Assembly (NCBI GenBank): GCA_963815455.1
Contig: CAWFGO010000002.1
Location: forward strand, 512,001 to 576,000
Direction: 5' to 3'
Source of the DNA: an uncultured Verrucomicrobiae bacterium
Lineage (GTDB): Bacteria; Verrucomicrobiota; Verrucomicrobiia; Chthoniobacterales; UBA10450
Length of the DNA: 64,000 nucleotides
The notes beneath the pieces were generated by a model, which was not told the origin of the DNA, did no database searches, and saw only the letters and a program-made list of their open reading frames with translations. This document shows, in pieces, positions 18,444 to 27,742 of the stretch. Position 1 is the first letter of the stretch; the number at the start of each line of letters is the position of its first letter. Position numbers and translations under genes: made by a program.

Positions 18444-20414
18444 TCAAACGAATCGGTCGCCGCCGGCCCAGCGCCGGACCCGAAAGATATGGGCCGGTTG
18501 TATTTCCGGATCGAGCTCAACGTAATTTCGGCGCCCGCGCCAGATGTAACGCGCCCCGCTGAGAAGATCGTGCACTTGATATGTATCGCCTTCCATCTCG
18601 CCGAACTCATCGATCGGCACATCGACATAGGAATCCTGTTTGCGATGCGGGTCGAGGTTGACCACCACCAGAATGATGTTGTCCCGGGCCGCGGTCATCT
18701 TCCCGTAAAAGAGGATCGAATCATTATCGGCCTCGAAGAAACGAAGATTGTCGTAAAGCTGCAGCGCGCGGTTTTCCTTCCGGATTTGGTTTAAGCGCGT
18801 GATCCAGTCCTTGATATTTCCGGGCGCATCCCAGTCGCGTTCCTTTAACTGATACTTCTCGGAATCGAGATACTCCTCGCGTCCCGGAAGAGCGGCGTTC
18901 TCGCAAAGTTCGTATCCGCTGTAGATGCCGTAAACACTCGACATCGTCGCCGCGAGCACAACGCGAGTCATGAATGCCGGCCGGCCGCCATCCTGCAAAA
19001 TAGGCGGCAAAATGTCCGGCGTGTTTGTCCAAAAATTCGCGCAGAAGTATTCGCTCATCTTGGTTTGCGTCAGCTCGATTCCATATTCGGTGAGCTCGAG
19101 TTTCGAGTTTCGCCATGTGAAATAAGTATAGCTTTGAGTGAAACCGGCCTTGGCCAGGGCTTTCATCATCTTCGGCCGGGTGAATGCTTCGGCGAGAAAA
19201 AGCACATCACGATATTTGGCACGGACGTTCGCGATCAGATATTCCCAGAAGGCAACCGGCTTGGTGTGCGGATTATCAACGCGAAAGATGCGCACACCGC
19301 GATCGGCCCAAAAGATGATAATGCTTACCATCTCGGCCCAAAGTTCGCGCCAGTTTTCGCAACGGAAGTTTAACGGATAGATGTCCTCGTATTTTTTGGG
19401 CGGATTCTCGGCATATTTGATCGTGCCATCGGGCCGTTTGTAAAACCATTCGGGATGCTCGCGAACATAGGGATGATCGGGCGAGCAATTGATCGCGAAA
19501 TCAAGCGCCAGCTCCAGGTTCCGCTTTCGAATCTCGCCCATGAGCCAATCGAAATCCTCCAGCGTGCCGAGCGACGGCTCGACCGCTTTATGCCCACCGG
19601 CTTCACTCCCGATGGCCCACGGCACGCCCGGATCGCCCGGATCGGAGGTAATCGAATTGTTGCGGCCTTTCCGATTGGTGTGACCGATAGGATGGATGGG
19701 CGGGAAATAAATGACATCGAACCCCATCGCTTTGGCATCATCGAGTCGCGGCAAACAATCGCGGAATGTCGACCCTCGATCGCCCCAGCCTTGAGCTGAG
19801 CGCGGGAAAAATTCGTACCAGGCGCCGATACGGGCTGCCGATCGATCGACAATGACGCGCGGATATGGAGCGTATTGGCTGGCGTCGGTGCGGTCGGAAT
19901 ACGTCGCCATCAAGACCTCGAGCTCGCCGGAATGGATGATGCTGTTTACCTTCGCGCTCTTCACGGTGCTGATTTGTTGCGACAGCTCGACCAGGCGTGC
20001 CGTGTCCGTGGGATCGAGCGCGCGTTGCGCGGCGGCGCCGACCAGGGCGGCGCCTTCCAGGGCCTCGCTCGTGAGATCAGCGATGCCGCTTTCGAATTTT
20101 TTGCTGAACTCGACTTGCCATCCGCGAAACGAGTCCGTCCAGGCTTCGACCGTGTATTCGAAGGTGGCGCTTTCGTAAAGCGTGCAGACACCGCGCCAAC
20201 GATCGTTGTCGACCAGCGTCATGGGCGTTTCCTGCCAGCGATTCTCCCCGAGCATTCGCCACTTCAGCACCGCGGCGACAACGTCGTGCCCATCTCGAAA
20301 AATATCTGCCTCCACCGCCAGGTCCTGGCCGGCAATCCGTTTGACTGGATAGCGCCCGCCGTCGACTAACGGCTGCAAATTCTCGATAACAACGGATGGA
20401 AAGGCCCTAAGCAT
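18444..20414 (-). CDS. glgE: Alpha-1,4-glucan:maltose-1-phosphate maltosyltransferase
   Basis: WYEFFPRS, YFPPIHPIG, RKGRNN, YAENPPKKYEDIYPL, FRVDNPHTKP and EEYLDSEKY motifs. Confidence 0.95.
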   Translation of the reverse strand: MLRAFPSVVIENLQPLVDGGRYPVKRIAGQDLAVEADIFRDGHDVVAAVLKWRMLGENRWQETPMTLVDNDRWRGVCTLYESATFEYTVEAWTDSFRGWQVEFSKKFESGIADLTSEALEGAALVGAAAQRALDPTDTARLVELSQQISTVKSAKVNSIIHSGELEVLMATYSDRTDASQYAPYPRVIVDRSAARIGAWYEFFPRSAQGWGDRGSTFRDCLPRLDDAKAMGFDVIYFPPIHPIGHTNRKGRNNSITSDPGDPGVPWAIGSEAGGHKAVEPSLGTLEDFDWLMGEIRKRNLELALDFAINCSPDHPYVREHPEWFYKRPDGTIKYAENPPKKYEDIYPLNFRCENWRELWAEMVSIIIFWADRGVRIFRVDNPHTKPVAFWEYLIANVRAKYRDVLFLAEAFTRPKMMKALAKAGFTQSYTYFTWRNSKLELTEYGIELTQTKMSEYFCANFWTNTPDILPPILQDGGRPAFMTRVVLAATMSSVYGIYSGYELCENAALPGREEYLDSEKYQLKERDWDAPGNIKDWITRLNQIRKENRALQLYDNLRFFEADNDSILFYGKMTAARDNIILVVVNLDPHRKQDSYVDVPIDEFGEMEGDTYQVHDLLSGARYIWRGRRNYVELDPEIQPAHIFRVRRWAGGDRFV

Positions 20415-20488
20415 GAGCCATCAATCAACTGAAATTCGCAGCTAGCGAAAGCGGAAATCGCACCCGGCGGCCGGGATCGGCATTGCCC

Positions 20489-21130
20489 CTAGGTCGCGAA
20501 ATAAAAGGCGCACTCGAACAAGCCGGAGTTGCGCGACTCCTCCCGGCGCACTTGAGTGCCCAGAATGGCCTGGAACATCTGTTCTTCGAGCCGGCCAATA
20601 ATCGGATAGTAATCGAGCAGGTTCATGATCGGCGAATGGCATTCCAGGATGTGCGGGCTGGCCTCTTTCTCGCCGGCAACGAACTGGGCCATGTAGCCTT
20701 CGCCATCGCGGGTGCGGGCAAGCCATTTGGCGCGCTCAGCCACCGTTCCACCTTTAACCTTGGCCTTGAGACCAGCGGTCCTTTTCTCGAAAAGATTATA
20801 AAGAAGTTTTTCTGGCGCGTTGGTTCCGTGAATTTCCTGAATCGATGTCAGCAGTTCGAGCGTAAATTGATTGCTATCGACAGTGAAAAGGTCGTGGCTC
20901 CGGCGGGTGAGCCGGTAAACCATTTCAGGACGGCCCATCTTTTGCGGGCGCCGCCAGGTATCAAGGTAGCCGTCGCGCTGGAGAGTCACGCAATGCTGCT
21001 TGATCCCCATGTAGCTCATCTTCATTCGTTGGACGAGCTCGTTGACCGACATCCCCTTGGTCCGCTTAAGCGAATTAAGAATCTCAAGCCGCTGGGTGCG
21101 GCCAATTTCTGCAAGCAATCGTTGATTCAT
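20489..21130 (-). CDS. Winged-HTH transcriptional regulator, SufR/ArsR-like
   Basis: N-terminal HTH (SVNELVQRMKMSYMGIKQH), GRPEMVYRLT, C-terminal ECHSP...C. Confidence 0.75.
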   Translation of the reverse strand: MNQRLLAEIGRTQRLEILNSLKRTKGMSVNELVQRMKMSYMGIKQHCVTLQRDGYLDTWRRPQKMGRPEMVYRLTRRSHDLFTVDSNQFTLELLTSIQEIHGTNAPEKLLYNLFEKRTAGLKAKVKGGTVAERAKWLARTRDGEGYMAQFVAGEKEASPHILECHSPIMNLLDYYPIIGRLEEQMFQAILGTQVRREESRNSGLFECAFYFAT

Positions 21131-21216
21131 AGCCAGTAAATTGAAACGCGGACTTTACACGCCGACCTCTTCAAAAGGCAACATCGAAATTACGCAACTT
21201 GCCGAGAAGAAGGAAA

Positions 21217-22143
21217 TTACGACACCTTCGATGTCGATCCTGGCCGGAAAGGGAGTGCTACGATTTCGACCGGCGCCCGCGCAACATCCGCTTTCTCCGC
21301 ATCAAACGCCTCCAACTTGCCCCCGACATCGTTGAACCCACGCTTGACGTAGCCCAGCGCAATTTCCTGGCCTTCGCTCCGCGTGGCGCTGGTGACCCAG
21401 CCTGCTTCCTTGTCCCCCCGCTTCAGTCTCATGCCGGGCGAAAGCGGGAGGGCATTCAAAGAAACCAGACCGCATAATCGCTTGTTGGTTTGCCCCGACA
21501 TCTTGATTCGGGAGATCACCTCCTGCCCGATGTAGCAGCCTTTTTCATAATCGACCGCGCGGCTCTCGAGATTCGCTTCAATCGGAATGATCTCTTCCGT
21601 CAACTCCCGCCCCCAACGCGGAATTCCCTGCTTGATTCGGAAGACCTCCGCGGTCGCGTCATCAAAAAATCGAAAGCTGTCCGATAATTCCTGCAGAACA
21701 GAGTCGTGGCGCGACGAATCTATCCATATGTCCCACCCGGATTCGACGAACCGCCGGACGGACACGACGCGACAATCGCTGCCGGCTTTGGGCGGGGCCG
21801 GAGTCAAAACGTGGAAGATCGACAATCGCTCGGCGATGCTCTCGATTTCAACGTCGTCGGCGATTACGTAACGATCGAGCCTGGCCGGGAGGGTCTCTCG
21901 CAACTCGGAGTCGGCATCGACAAAGAAACTGTCGTGGGTGCTGGAGGCGAAAACGTGGGCGTTCATTTTGCCTTTCGCGCCCAAGATGCAGGCTTCAATC
22001 GCGGCGGATTCAGTCGCTTTGCGCACGTCGTTGGTGAGTTGTCCGTTCAGAAAACGCAACCGATCGCTTCCGGTGACGCGGATTTTGGCTCGCGAAGACA
22101 GATCGAAAAGCGAATCGATCGAGCTCTGAGACGGCGCCGTCAT
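21217..22143 (-). CDS. ygfZ: YgfZ/GcvT folate-binding protein
   Basis: VTGSDRLRFLNGQLTNDV and the KGCYIGQE signature. Confidence 0.9.
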   Translation of the reverse strand: MTAPSQSSIDSLFDLSSRAKIRVTGSDRLRFLNGQLTNDVRKATESAAIEACILGAKGKMNAHVFASSTHDSFFVDADSELRETLPARLDRYVIADDVEIESIAERLSIFHVLTPAPPKAGSDCRVVSVRRFVESGWDIWIDSSRHDSVLQELSDSFRFFDDATAEVFRIKQGIPRWGRELTEEIIPIEANLESRAVDYEKGCYIGQEVISRIKMSGQTNKRLCGLVSLNALPLSPGMRLKRGDKEAGWVTSATRSEGQEIALGYVKRGFNDVGGKLEAFDAEKADVARAPVEIVALPFRPGSTSKVS

Positions 22144-22166
22144 TGTCTCTTGGCGCGAATTTCCGA

Positions 22167-23360
22167 TTAGTAGTCGCTCTGACGCCGCAACAAGCGGCTT
22201 AGAAAACCGCGTCGGGGTTCTGATTCCTCCGCGAGGTCTTCCTCAGGCAAATTTGTGTTATCTGCCGCATCGCTGTTTTGAGTTCGCGGCAGGTGTTCTT
22301 CAGCCACAGGGGCAATAGGGGTGAATTCAGGAATCGCGGAAACGACCTCGGCATTACCGCCGGGGACCGGCGCCGCAGGGATGACCGGAACGACCGCGCT
22401 AGCGTGCTCCGGTTGAGGAGCCTCAGGCGAAGGCGGTGGGCTCGGTGGTGGCGGAGCTGGCGGTTGTTCGAACAAACCCAATCCAGCTTCATCACGAGGC
22501 TGCGCTTGGGCCACAGCGAAATATTTCCGGGCGATGGCCGAATAATCTTCGTCTCCATAACCATGCTGCATCTGCTCGAGCAGCCGGTCCCGGGTGGCGG
22601 TCGTCACCGCCAATTCCAGATGATAGGACAACCCCATCCGGGTCGCGATCTGAATGTCTTTAAGCATGTGCTTGATCGAAAAATGCGGATCGAAATTCGT
22701 GTCGATCATTTTCGGCAGCTTCATGGCCAGAGTTTTGGAATTGCTGGCATTGCCGCGCACCGCCTCGACCAGTTTCTGCAAAGGCAGGCCAACCGTGCTG
22801 ACCAGCGCAAGCGCCTCCGCCCCGGCTTGAACGCTCGCGGCGGTAATCATGTTGGTGGCGATCTTAATCGCCGTGGCCTGTCCAATTTCGCCGATCAAAA
22901 TAAATTCCTTGCCGCTGGCTTCGAGAATCGGCCGCGCTTCCTGAAGTGCCATCTCGTCTCCTCCGACATAAAAAATCAGCTCGCCTTTTTCCGCTGCTTT
23001 CTTGCTCCCCGTGAACGGTGCTTCGATAAAACGTGCGCCCCGCCGTTCCACAATGTCAGCCGCCTCCCGCATCGTATATGGGGCCACGGTGGAGTGCGCG
23101 ATGACTACGTGCCGGGGCGCCAGTGCCGATGCCAGTTGCTTGCAGACCTCAAGGAGCGCCTCGTCGTCGGACACAAAAATTTGCACGAAATCGCACATCT
23201 CGGCGATCTCCGCCGGCGCGCCGACGAAGTTCGGTACCGGCCGCGGGGTACGATTCCAAACGAAAACGTGAAACCCCTTTTTGCGAAGGTTTTCCGTCAC
23301 TCGGCTGCCGATAATACCGAGACCGATCACTCCTACATTTTTTCGTGTTCGACGGGACAT
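22167..23360 (-). CDS. NAD(P)-dependent beta-hydroxyacid dehydrogenase (3-hydroxyisobutyrate DH family) with Pro-rich C-terminal tail
   Basis: VGVIGLGIIG, WNRT, EAPFTGSK, KIATN and FSIKHMLKD motifs. Confidence 0.85.
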   Translation of the reverse strand: MSRRTRKNVGVIGLGIIGSRVTENLRKKGFHVFVWNRTPRPVPNFVGAPAEIAEMCDFVQIFVSDDEALLEVCKQLASALAPRHVVIAHSTVAPYTMREAADIVERRGARFIEAPFTGSKKAAEKGELIFYVGGDEMALQEARPILEASGKEFILIGEIGQATAIKIATNMITAASVQAGAEALALVSTVGLPLQKLVEAVRGNASNSKTLAMKLPKMIDTNFDPHFSIKHMLKDIQIATRMGLSYHLELAVTTATRDRLLEQMQHGYGDEDYSAIARKYFAVAQAQPRDEAGLGLFEQPPAPPPPSPPPSPEAPQPEHASAVVPVIPAAPVPGGNAEVVSAIPEFTPIAPVAEEHLPRTQNSDAADNTNLPEEDLAEESEPRRGFLSRLLRRQSDY

Positions 23361-23475
23361 AAGCCTTAGGTTCCCAGCCGAAGCGGGAACCTCCAAACGA
23401 CCAGACTGCAGGCAAAGTCGCTTCCAAGCAATCCGGAAGTTTATGAATTTTACAGAGGCCGCCAGCCCCCTATGG

Positions 23476-24474
23476 CTAAAGCGAAAGCCGCACGAAACGG
23501 GCTTCCCGCACGAGTTTATCCGCCAGGCGCTGAACGATCTCCCGTCGCCTGTCGTTCTCCAGCTTTAGGCGAATTTCGCCCTTCGCTTCCTCGAAATTCA
23601 TCTGCCGTGCCGGACGGGAATCAGTCAATTTAACGATATGAAATCCCAGTAGCGTCTGGATGGGAGCGCTAAGTTGCCCGAGATGCATTTTGTCGATGGC
23701 GGCAATAAAATCGGGCGGCATCCGGGACGACGAGAAAAATCCGAGATCGCCACCTCTTATTTTGGTGGCCTCGTCCTCCGACATCAGACCGACAAGCTCG
23801 GAAAAATCCTCACCGTGACTTAACCGAACGGAAACGGAGTCGATGGTCCGCCGTTTAAGATCGACAACCGGCGCTGGAGTCTCAGCCGGGGCGGCCAGGA
23901 AAAGATGGCTGGCTCGAAAACGCGCCGGCAAGGCAAATGCTGCCTGATGTGCGTCAAAATATCCGGCGCACTCGTCTTCCGTGACTCGTGTTTCGTTCCC
24001 AAGCCGCCGCTCGATCCATTTCTGCGCTCGAAGATTGTCCGCGATATACGCGCGCAAAGATCGAGGCGACAAACGATTCCCTCCCAGCGCGGCGATCCAG
24101 ACGTGCCGGTCGCGAAATTGAGACCGAATGAGATCGAATTCACGATCGATCTGTATTTCTGAAATCTCTTCCGTTTTCGAATGCTGTTTTACGGCAACTG
24201 TTGCGATCAAGCGCGCTAGAACCGCGCGTTTCGCATCGACATCGTCGGGATCGACAGCGTCCCGGCCCTTCGCGTAATCCAATTCCTCGATCTCGCGTTC
24301 AACATCCGTTTCGTAGATTCCCTCCCCACCCGTCAGCGCGAGCAGATGGCCCCGCCCGAATCCGCCTCCGATGACATCACGGCACGTAACCGAATGGCAG
24401 ATCAATTGACCGAGCACGATTCCCGCGGCGCCCGCCGCCACGCACAATCCGGCCACCAGACCAGCGCGGTTCAT
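23476..24474 (-). CDS. Parvulin (PpiC/SurA-type) peptidyl-prolyl isomerase
   Basis: RASHLFL...SEDEATKIRGGDLGFF...GFHIVKL. Confidence 0.85.
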   Translation of the reverse strand: MNRAGLVAGLCVAAGAAGIVLGQLICHSVTCRDVIGGGFGRGHLLALTGGEGIYETDVEREIEELDYAKGRDAVDPDDVDAKRAVLARLIATVAVKQHSKTEEISEIQIDREFDLIRSQFRDRHVWIAALGGNRLSPRSLRAYIADNLRAQKWIERRLGNETRVTEDECAGYFDAHQAAFALPARFRASHLFLAAPAETPAPVVDLKRRTIDSVSVRLSHGEDFSELVGLMSEDEATKIRGGDLGFFSSSRMPPDFIAAIDKMHLGQLSAPIQTLLGFHIVKLTDSRPARQMNFEEAKGEIRLKLENDRRREIVQRLADKLVREARFVRLSL

Positions 24475-25391
24475 TTCAACGCAAATTCCTCCAGATAATA
24501 CGCGGCGACCGTTCCAACGATCTGCAAACTTTCCGCGCTGATCTTGTCCATGGTGTCACCGGGCGTATGCCAAGCGGCGAAATCGAAGTCGATAAGATCG
24601 ATCGTCGGAATTCCGATGGCGTTAAGCGGTGTGTGGTCGTCGGTAATCTCGAAATCGAAATAGGTGAAGTAACTGCGCAATTTCAACGCTTCGGCGGCGG
24701 CGAAAATGTCGTGCACCATTGCGGCGGGCGAATCCGGCGGCACCGTAATGTTCAGATCACGATCCCCCACCATGTCGAAGAGGATCCCGCCGCGAAATTG
24801 CTTTGCGGCTTTGCCTTCAAGTTGCTGGGCAAAATAGCGGCTGCCATAAAGACCGTCCTTGGCCGAAAAACTTTCGTAGGCCTCTTCGCCGTCAAAGAAA
24901 ACCAGCTCAACCTTTGCCGCCAACCGCGGGTGCTGGCCGAGAACTCGCGCCAGTTCCATCAACAGACCCGTGCTGGAGCCACCGTCGTTCGCTCCAACGA
25001 AACGCTTATTATAAAGCGTCTTGGTGTCGTAATGAGAACACAACAAAAACGACGGCGCTGTTTTCTGCGCCGCCGCAAAGCGGGCGATCAGGTTAACAAA
25101 TCGGACTTTTCCCTGGGGCGTGTCACCGGTGAATTCCTGGCGCTCGACCTTCCAACCCGCCTGCCGAAGCTGATTGTCGATGTAACCGCGAGATTTCTCG
25201 ATGGCATCGGAAGCCGGCGGACGCGGCCCGAAATCTACCAGCTGCTGGACGTGGGCGAGCGCTTTTTGGCCGGAAAATTCGCGCCAGATTTTCTGTTCCG
25301 GCGCGACCGGCGATTGCGGACGACGGCAGGACACGAGGAGCAGAGCAAAAAGGAGTAATGGAGCAATGGAGTAATGGGGTAAACGTTTCAT
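24471..25391 (-). CDS. M28-family peptidase / glutaminyl cyclase-like lipoprotein
   Basis: Lipobox LLVSC; SHYDTK, GANDGGSSTG, FFDGEE, DMVGD, DDH and WHT motifs. Confidence 0.88.
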   Translation of the reverse strand: MKRLPHYSIAPLLLFALLLVSCRRPQSPVAPEQKIWREFSGQKALAHVQQLVDFGPRPPASDAIEKSRGYIDNQLRQAGWKVERQEFTGDTPQGKVRFVNLIARFAAAQKTAPSFLLCSHYDTKTLYNKRFVGANDGGSSTGLLMELARVLGQHPRLAAKVELVFFDGEEAYESFSAKDGLYGSRYFAQQLEGKAAKQFRGGILFDMVGDRDLNITVPPDSPAAMVHDIFAAAEALKLRSYFTYFDFEITDDHTPLNAIGIPTIDLIDFDFAAWHTPGDTMDKISAESLQIVGTVAAYYLEEFALK

Positions 25392-25416
25392 TCTTAGACA
25401 GCACTCCATCACTCCA
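25352..25416. repeat. Inverted octamer arrays (GGAGTAAT / CACTCCAT) around the peptidase start codon
   Basis: GGAGTAAT GGAGCAAT GGAGTAAT GGGGTAA ... GCACTCCATCACTCCA. Confidence 0.6.
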
Positions 25417-25426
25417 CCGAGAGCGC

Positions 25427-26329
25427 TTAGCTTTCGCTCGCCTCTAGCCCCAAGGCGGTGACGACCCTTTGAAGATCGTCGTTCCCGTAGTATTCGATCT
25501 CGATCTTTCCTCGCTTTTCTCCATGATGGATTCTCACATGCGTGCCGAGATGCTGTTGCAAACGATTCTGCAAATCTTCGATTGCAGCGGAGCTCGAGGC
25601 CGGTCCGGTCGCGCGCTGTTTTCGACGACTCTTGCCAATTCCTAGCTGTCGCGCCACCAGCCGTTCCGTCGCCCGAACGGTCGCGCTGCGTCGCAAAACC
25701 GTTTCCGCGGCCAGGAGTTGCTCCTCCGGTATCTTTAACGCGAGCAATACCTTGGCATGTCCGACCGAAAGGAGATTCTGCGTAACCCAAATCTGCACCT
25801 GTGGATGCAGATCGAGCAGCCGCATCGCGTTCGCCACCGCGGCCCGGCTGCGCCCGACTTTTTGGGCAATGTCTTCCTGCCGCAGCCGAAATTCGCCGGC
25901 CAATCGCGCGTAACCCTGCGCTTCTTCGATCGGGTTCAGGTCGGCCCGTTGCAGATTCTCGATCAGAGAAATTTCAAGCACCTCGAGATCGCTGGCGGTG
26001 CGAATGATCACCGGTACCTGGCTGAGCCCGAGTTCCTGGGCCGCGCGCCAGCGGCGTTCCCCCGCGATCAACTCCAATCGACCGCCCATTTGGCGGACGA
26101 TGAGGGGTTGAATAATGCCGTGCTGCTTGATCGAATCGACCAGTTCCTGTAGCGCTTCCCGGGCAAAATCCTTCCGCGGTTGTAACGGGCTCGGCACAAT
26201 ACTGGCCAGGCCGACCTCGTGAACTTTCTCCCTTGAATCGGCATCGACCTCGGTCCGAAGCGGCGCAGGCCGGGTCCCGATCAGCGCGCCGAGCCCCTTG
26301 CCGAGACCGGTTTTAGCCATCTTCGCCAT
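25427..26329 (-). CDS. parB: ParB/Spo0J chromosome partitioning protein
   Basis: GLGKGLGALI, QPRKDF, LIAGERRWRA, IENLQRADLNPIEEA motifs. Confidence 0.93.
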   Translation of the reverse strand: MAKMAKTGLGKGLGALIGTRPAPLRTEVDADSREKVHEVGLASIVPSPLQPRKDFAREALQELVDSIKQHGIIQPLIVRQMGGRLELIAGERRWRAAQELGLSQVPVIIRTASDLEVLEISLIENLQRADLNPIEEAQGYARLAGEFRLRQEDIAQKVGRSRAAVANAMRLLDLHPQVQIWVTQNLLSVGHAKVLLALKIPEEQLLAAETVLRRSATVRATERLVARQLGIGKSRRKQRATGPASSSAAIEDLQNRLQQHLGTHVRIHHGEKRGKIEIEYYGNDDLQRVVTALGLEASES

Positions 26330-26368
26330 CGTGCTGAGGCTACCGGAACAGCTCTCACAACGCAAATC

Positions 26369-26454
26369 TGTAGCGGCGGTCTCCGACCGCCGTTCTCCTC
26401 GCCTCTCTGCGCCAGCGCCACAACCCTGCTGTAGCCGCGGGCGCCGACCGCGGC
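26369..26454 (+). repeat. Two GTAG REP units upstream of parB
   Basis: TGTAGCGGCGGTCTCCGACCGCCG and TGTAGCCGCGGGCGCCGACCGCGGC. Confidence 0.65.
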
Positions 26455-26550
26455 CTCTTGGTTCAAATCCGTAATCGCTGACCAGCCTTCGCTCGCGACA
26501 GCATGGCAGGCACCTTCCTCACCCGGAATCCCCCTACCAAATCCGCCAAC

Positions 26551-26580
26551 AAAAAAGCGGAGACTTCTCTCCGCTTTTTT
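26551..26580. terminator. Bidirectional Rho-independent terminator, copy 1
   Basis: AAAAAAGCGGAGA-CTTC-TCTCCGCTTTTTT. Confidence 0.85.
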
Positions 26581-26685
26581 GGTAAAGAAACGCTTCGGTT
26601 CGAATGTGCTTTCACCATCAACTCTCAACTCTCAACGGCTTCTGAGTCCGCCTGGCGAATAGGGAAACGGTCTGCATTATCTAAC
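26571..26685 (-). CRISPR. Candidate orphan mini-array: 38-nt repeat (26648-26685), ~39-nt spacer-like segment (26609-26647), degenerate repeat (26571-26608)
   Basis: Minus strand GTTAGATAATGCAGACCGTTTCCCTATTCGCCAGGCGG; the downstream unit keeps CGTTTC-N12-GCGG spacing; second partial copy at 27381-27407; cas4 relics nearby. Confidence 0.4.
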
Positions 26686-26700
26686 TTTGTCGCAAATGCG

Positions 26701-26927
26701 CTATAGCCTCTCCCAATCTTCAAGGTTGATTTTGCGTTCGATGATTTCTTCAACCTGCCGCACCAGCATTCGGACTTGAGGCACTGAGTATTCGGTGTTG
26801 GTGGGGATCGTCTGACGGTTTGAGCCCAATGTCATGAACTGATGGCGCGTGCCGGAATATGGGCCATCAAAGCAGCGCGCGAAGTTTACGGATAAAATCG
26901 CGACTTAAGTGGGCGCCAGCCGGCCAT
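26701..26927 (-). pseudogene. hicA: HicA-family toxin, frameshifted
   Basis: MAGWRPLK / RDFIRKLRAL / FDGPYSGTRHQFM...TIP...QVRMLVRQVEEI..., split across frames by two small deletions. Confidence 0.75.
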
Positions 26928-27168
26928 TCTTCACCTTGTTCAGATCAATACCGGCAATGACCGGCAGCTTATGACCGAGCCTCAGGCCAACCAGAATCCA
27001 ATCTTCCAAAGTCGAGCGCAATTCGTTTTCGCATTCCCGAAGTGACTTTGCGAAAGCAATTATCCCTTTGAGCTTTGGAATTTCTCCGGAGAAAGAGCCG
27101 TCTTCCAGCTTGTCGTAGCGCGCCAGTCCGAGCGCGGCTTCGAGGTAGGCAGTTAGCGGAAACGCCAT
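26905..27168 (-). CDS. hicB: HicB-family antitoxin
   Basis: LTAYLEAAL...YDKLEDGSFSGEIPKLKGIIAFAKSLRECENELRSTLEDWILVGL. Confidence 0.85.
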   Translation of the reverse strand: MAFPLTAYLEAALGLARYDKLEDGSFSGEIPKLKGIIAFAKSLRECENELRSTLEDWILVGLRLGHKLPVIAGIDLNKVKNGRLAPT

Positions 27169-27310
27169 GTCAACAGAATAGGCCACTCAATTACGGAAAC
27201 AAGCGCGTTCACAACGGCGCCCCCGGATTTGATTGAACCCGGAACCCTAAGCGACACGAATGGGCACGCCGCTGCGAGGTTCCTTTGCGCAGATGACCAA
27301 TTGCCCCAAC

Positions 27311-27407
27311 AAAAAAAGCGGAGACTTCTCTCCGCTTTTTCGGTAAGAAACGCTTTTGAACCGATGTATCTGACTAGCAGATAGGGAAACGGTCTGCGTT
27401 ATCTAAC
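27311..27407 (-). repeat. Second copy of the repeat-plus-terminator unit, without the spacer-like segment
   Basis: Terminator 27311-27340 nearly identical to 26551-26580; ATAGGGAAACGGTCTGCGTTATCTAAC (27381-27407) matches 26659-26685 at 26/27. Confidence 0.8.
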
Positions 27408-27436
27408 TCTTGAATCCCCCAATATGAATCGAATCT

Positions 27437-27516
27437 AACCCAAGCCGGCCTCGAAGCGCAGCCCCGAAAGCATTCGGGGTGCGCCGGTTGCACAACTTTA
27501 GCTATTGTCCATGGCT
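27437..27516 (+). pseudogene. Degenerate duplicate of the cas4 5' end
   Basis: AACCCAAGCCGG...CAGCC...GTGCGCCGGTTGCACAACTTTAGCTATTGTCC parallels 28008-28082 (VRRLHNFSYCP vs VRRLHNFIYCP); hairpin CCCCGAAAGCATTCGGGG at 27462-27479. Confidence 0.8.
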
Positions 27517-27523
27517 GGTTCGC

Positions 27524-27742
27524 CTACCGGAACTCTTCAACATCCAATCCACTTCCGCGCACAATGTTTTTCAATGTGCCGATCGGAATCGGTTTGCTGC
27601 CGTGCATCGGAACAATGACTTGCCGGCCATCTGGATGACGCCATTTCTGATGACTGCCGCGTTGGTCGAGGAAAACGAATTCGTGACGACGAAGAACGCG
27701 AACCACGTCGTGCGCGTTGCAGACGGGAAAACGTCGGCTCAC
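27524..27742 (-). CDS. hicA: HicA-family mRNA interferase toxin
   Basis: DQRGSHQKWRHPDGRQVIVPMH...IPIGTLKNI. Confidence 0.92.
   Translation of the reverse strand: MSRRFPVCNAHDVVRVLRRHEFVFLDQRGSHQKWRHPDGRQVIVPMHGSKPIPIGTLKNIVRGSGLDVEEFR

Noticed and set aside
25427..26329. parB without adjacent parA as a sign of a plasmid or mobile element
   Set aside because: The protein is a typical chromosomal Spo0J-type ParB among housekeeping genes; parA may lie elsewhere.
26609..26647. Treating the spacer-like segment as a confirmed foreign-derived spacer
   Set aside because: It contains a heptamer run (TCAACTC)n like other short tandem arrays in this window and I saw no match to it here; its origin cannot be established without a search.
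27311..27410. Type II tracrRNA (AGTTAGATAA...CCGTT plus hairpins and terminator resembles the Cas9 tracr layout)
   Set aside because: No cas9 or type II array in the window, and the internal hairpins are not conserved between the two copies; kept only as an alternative reading.
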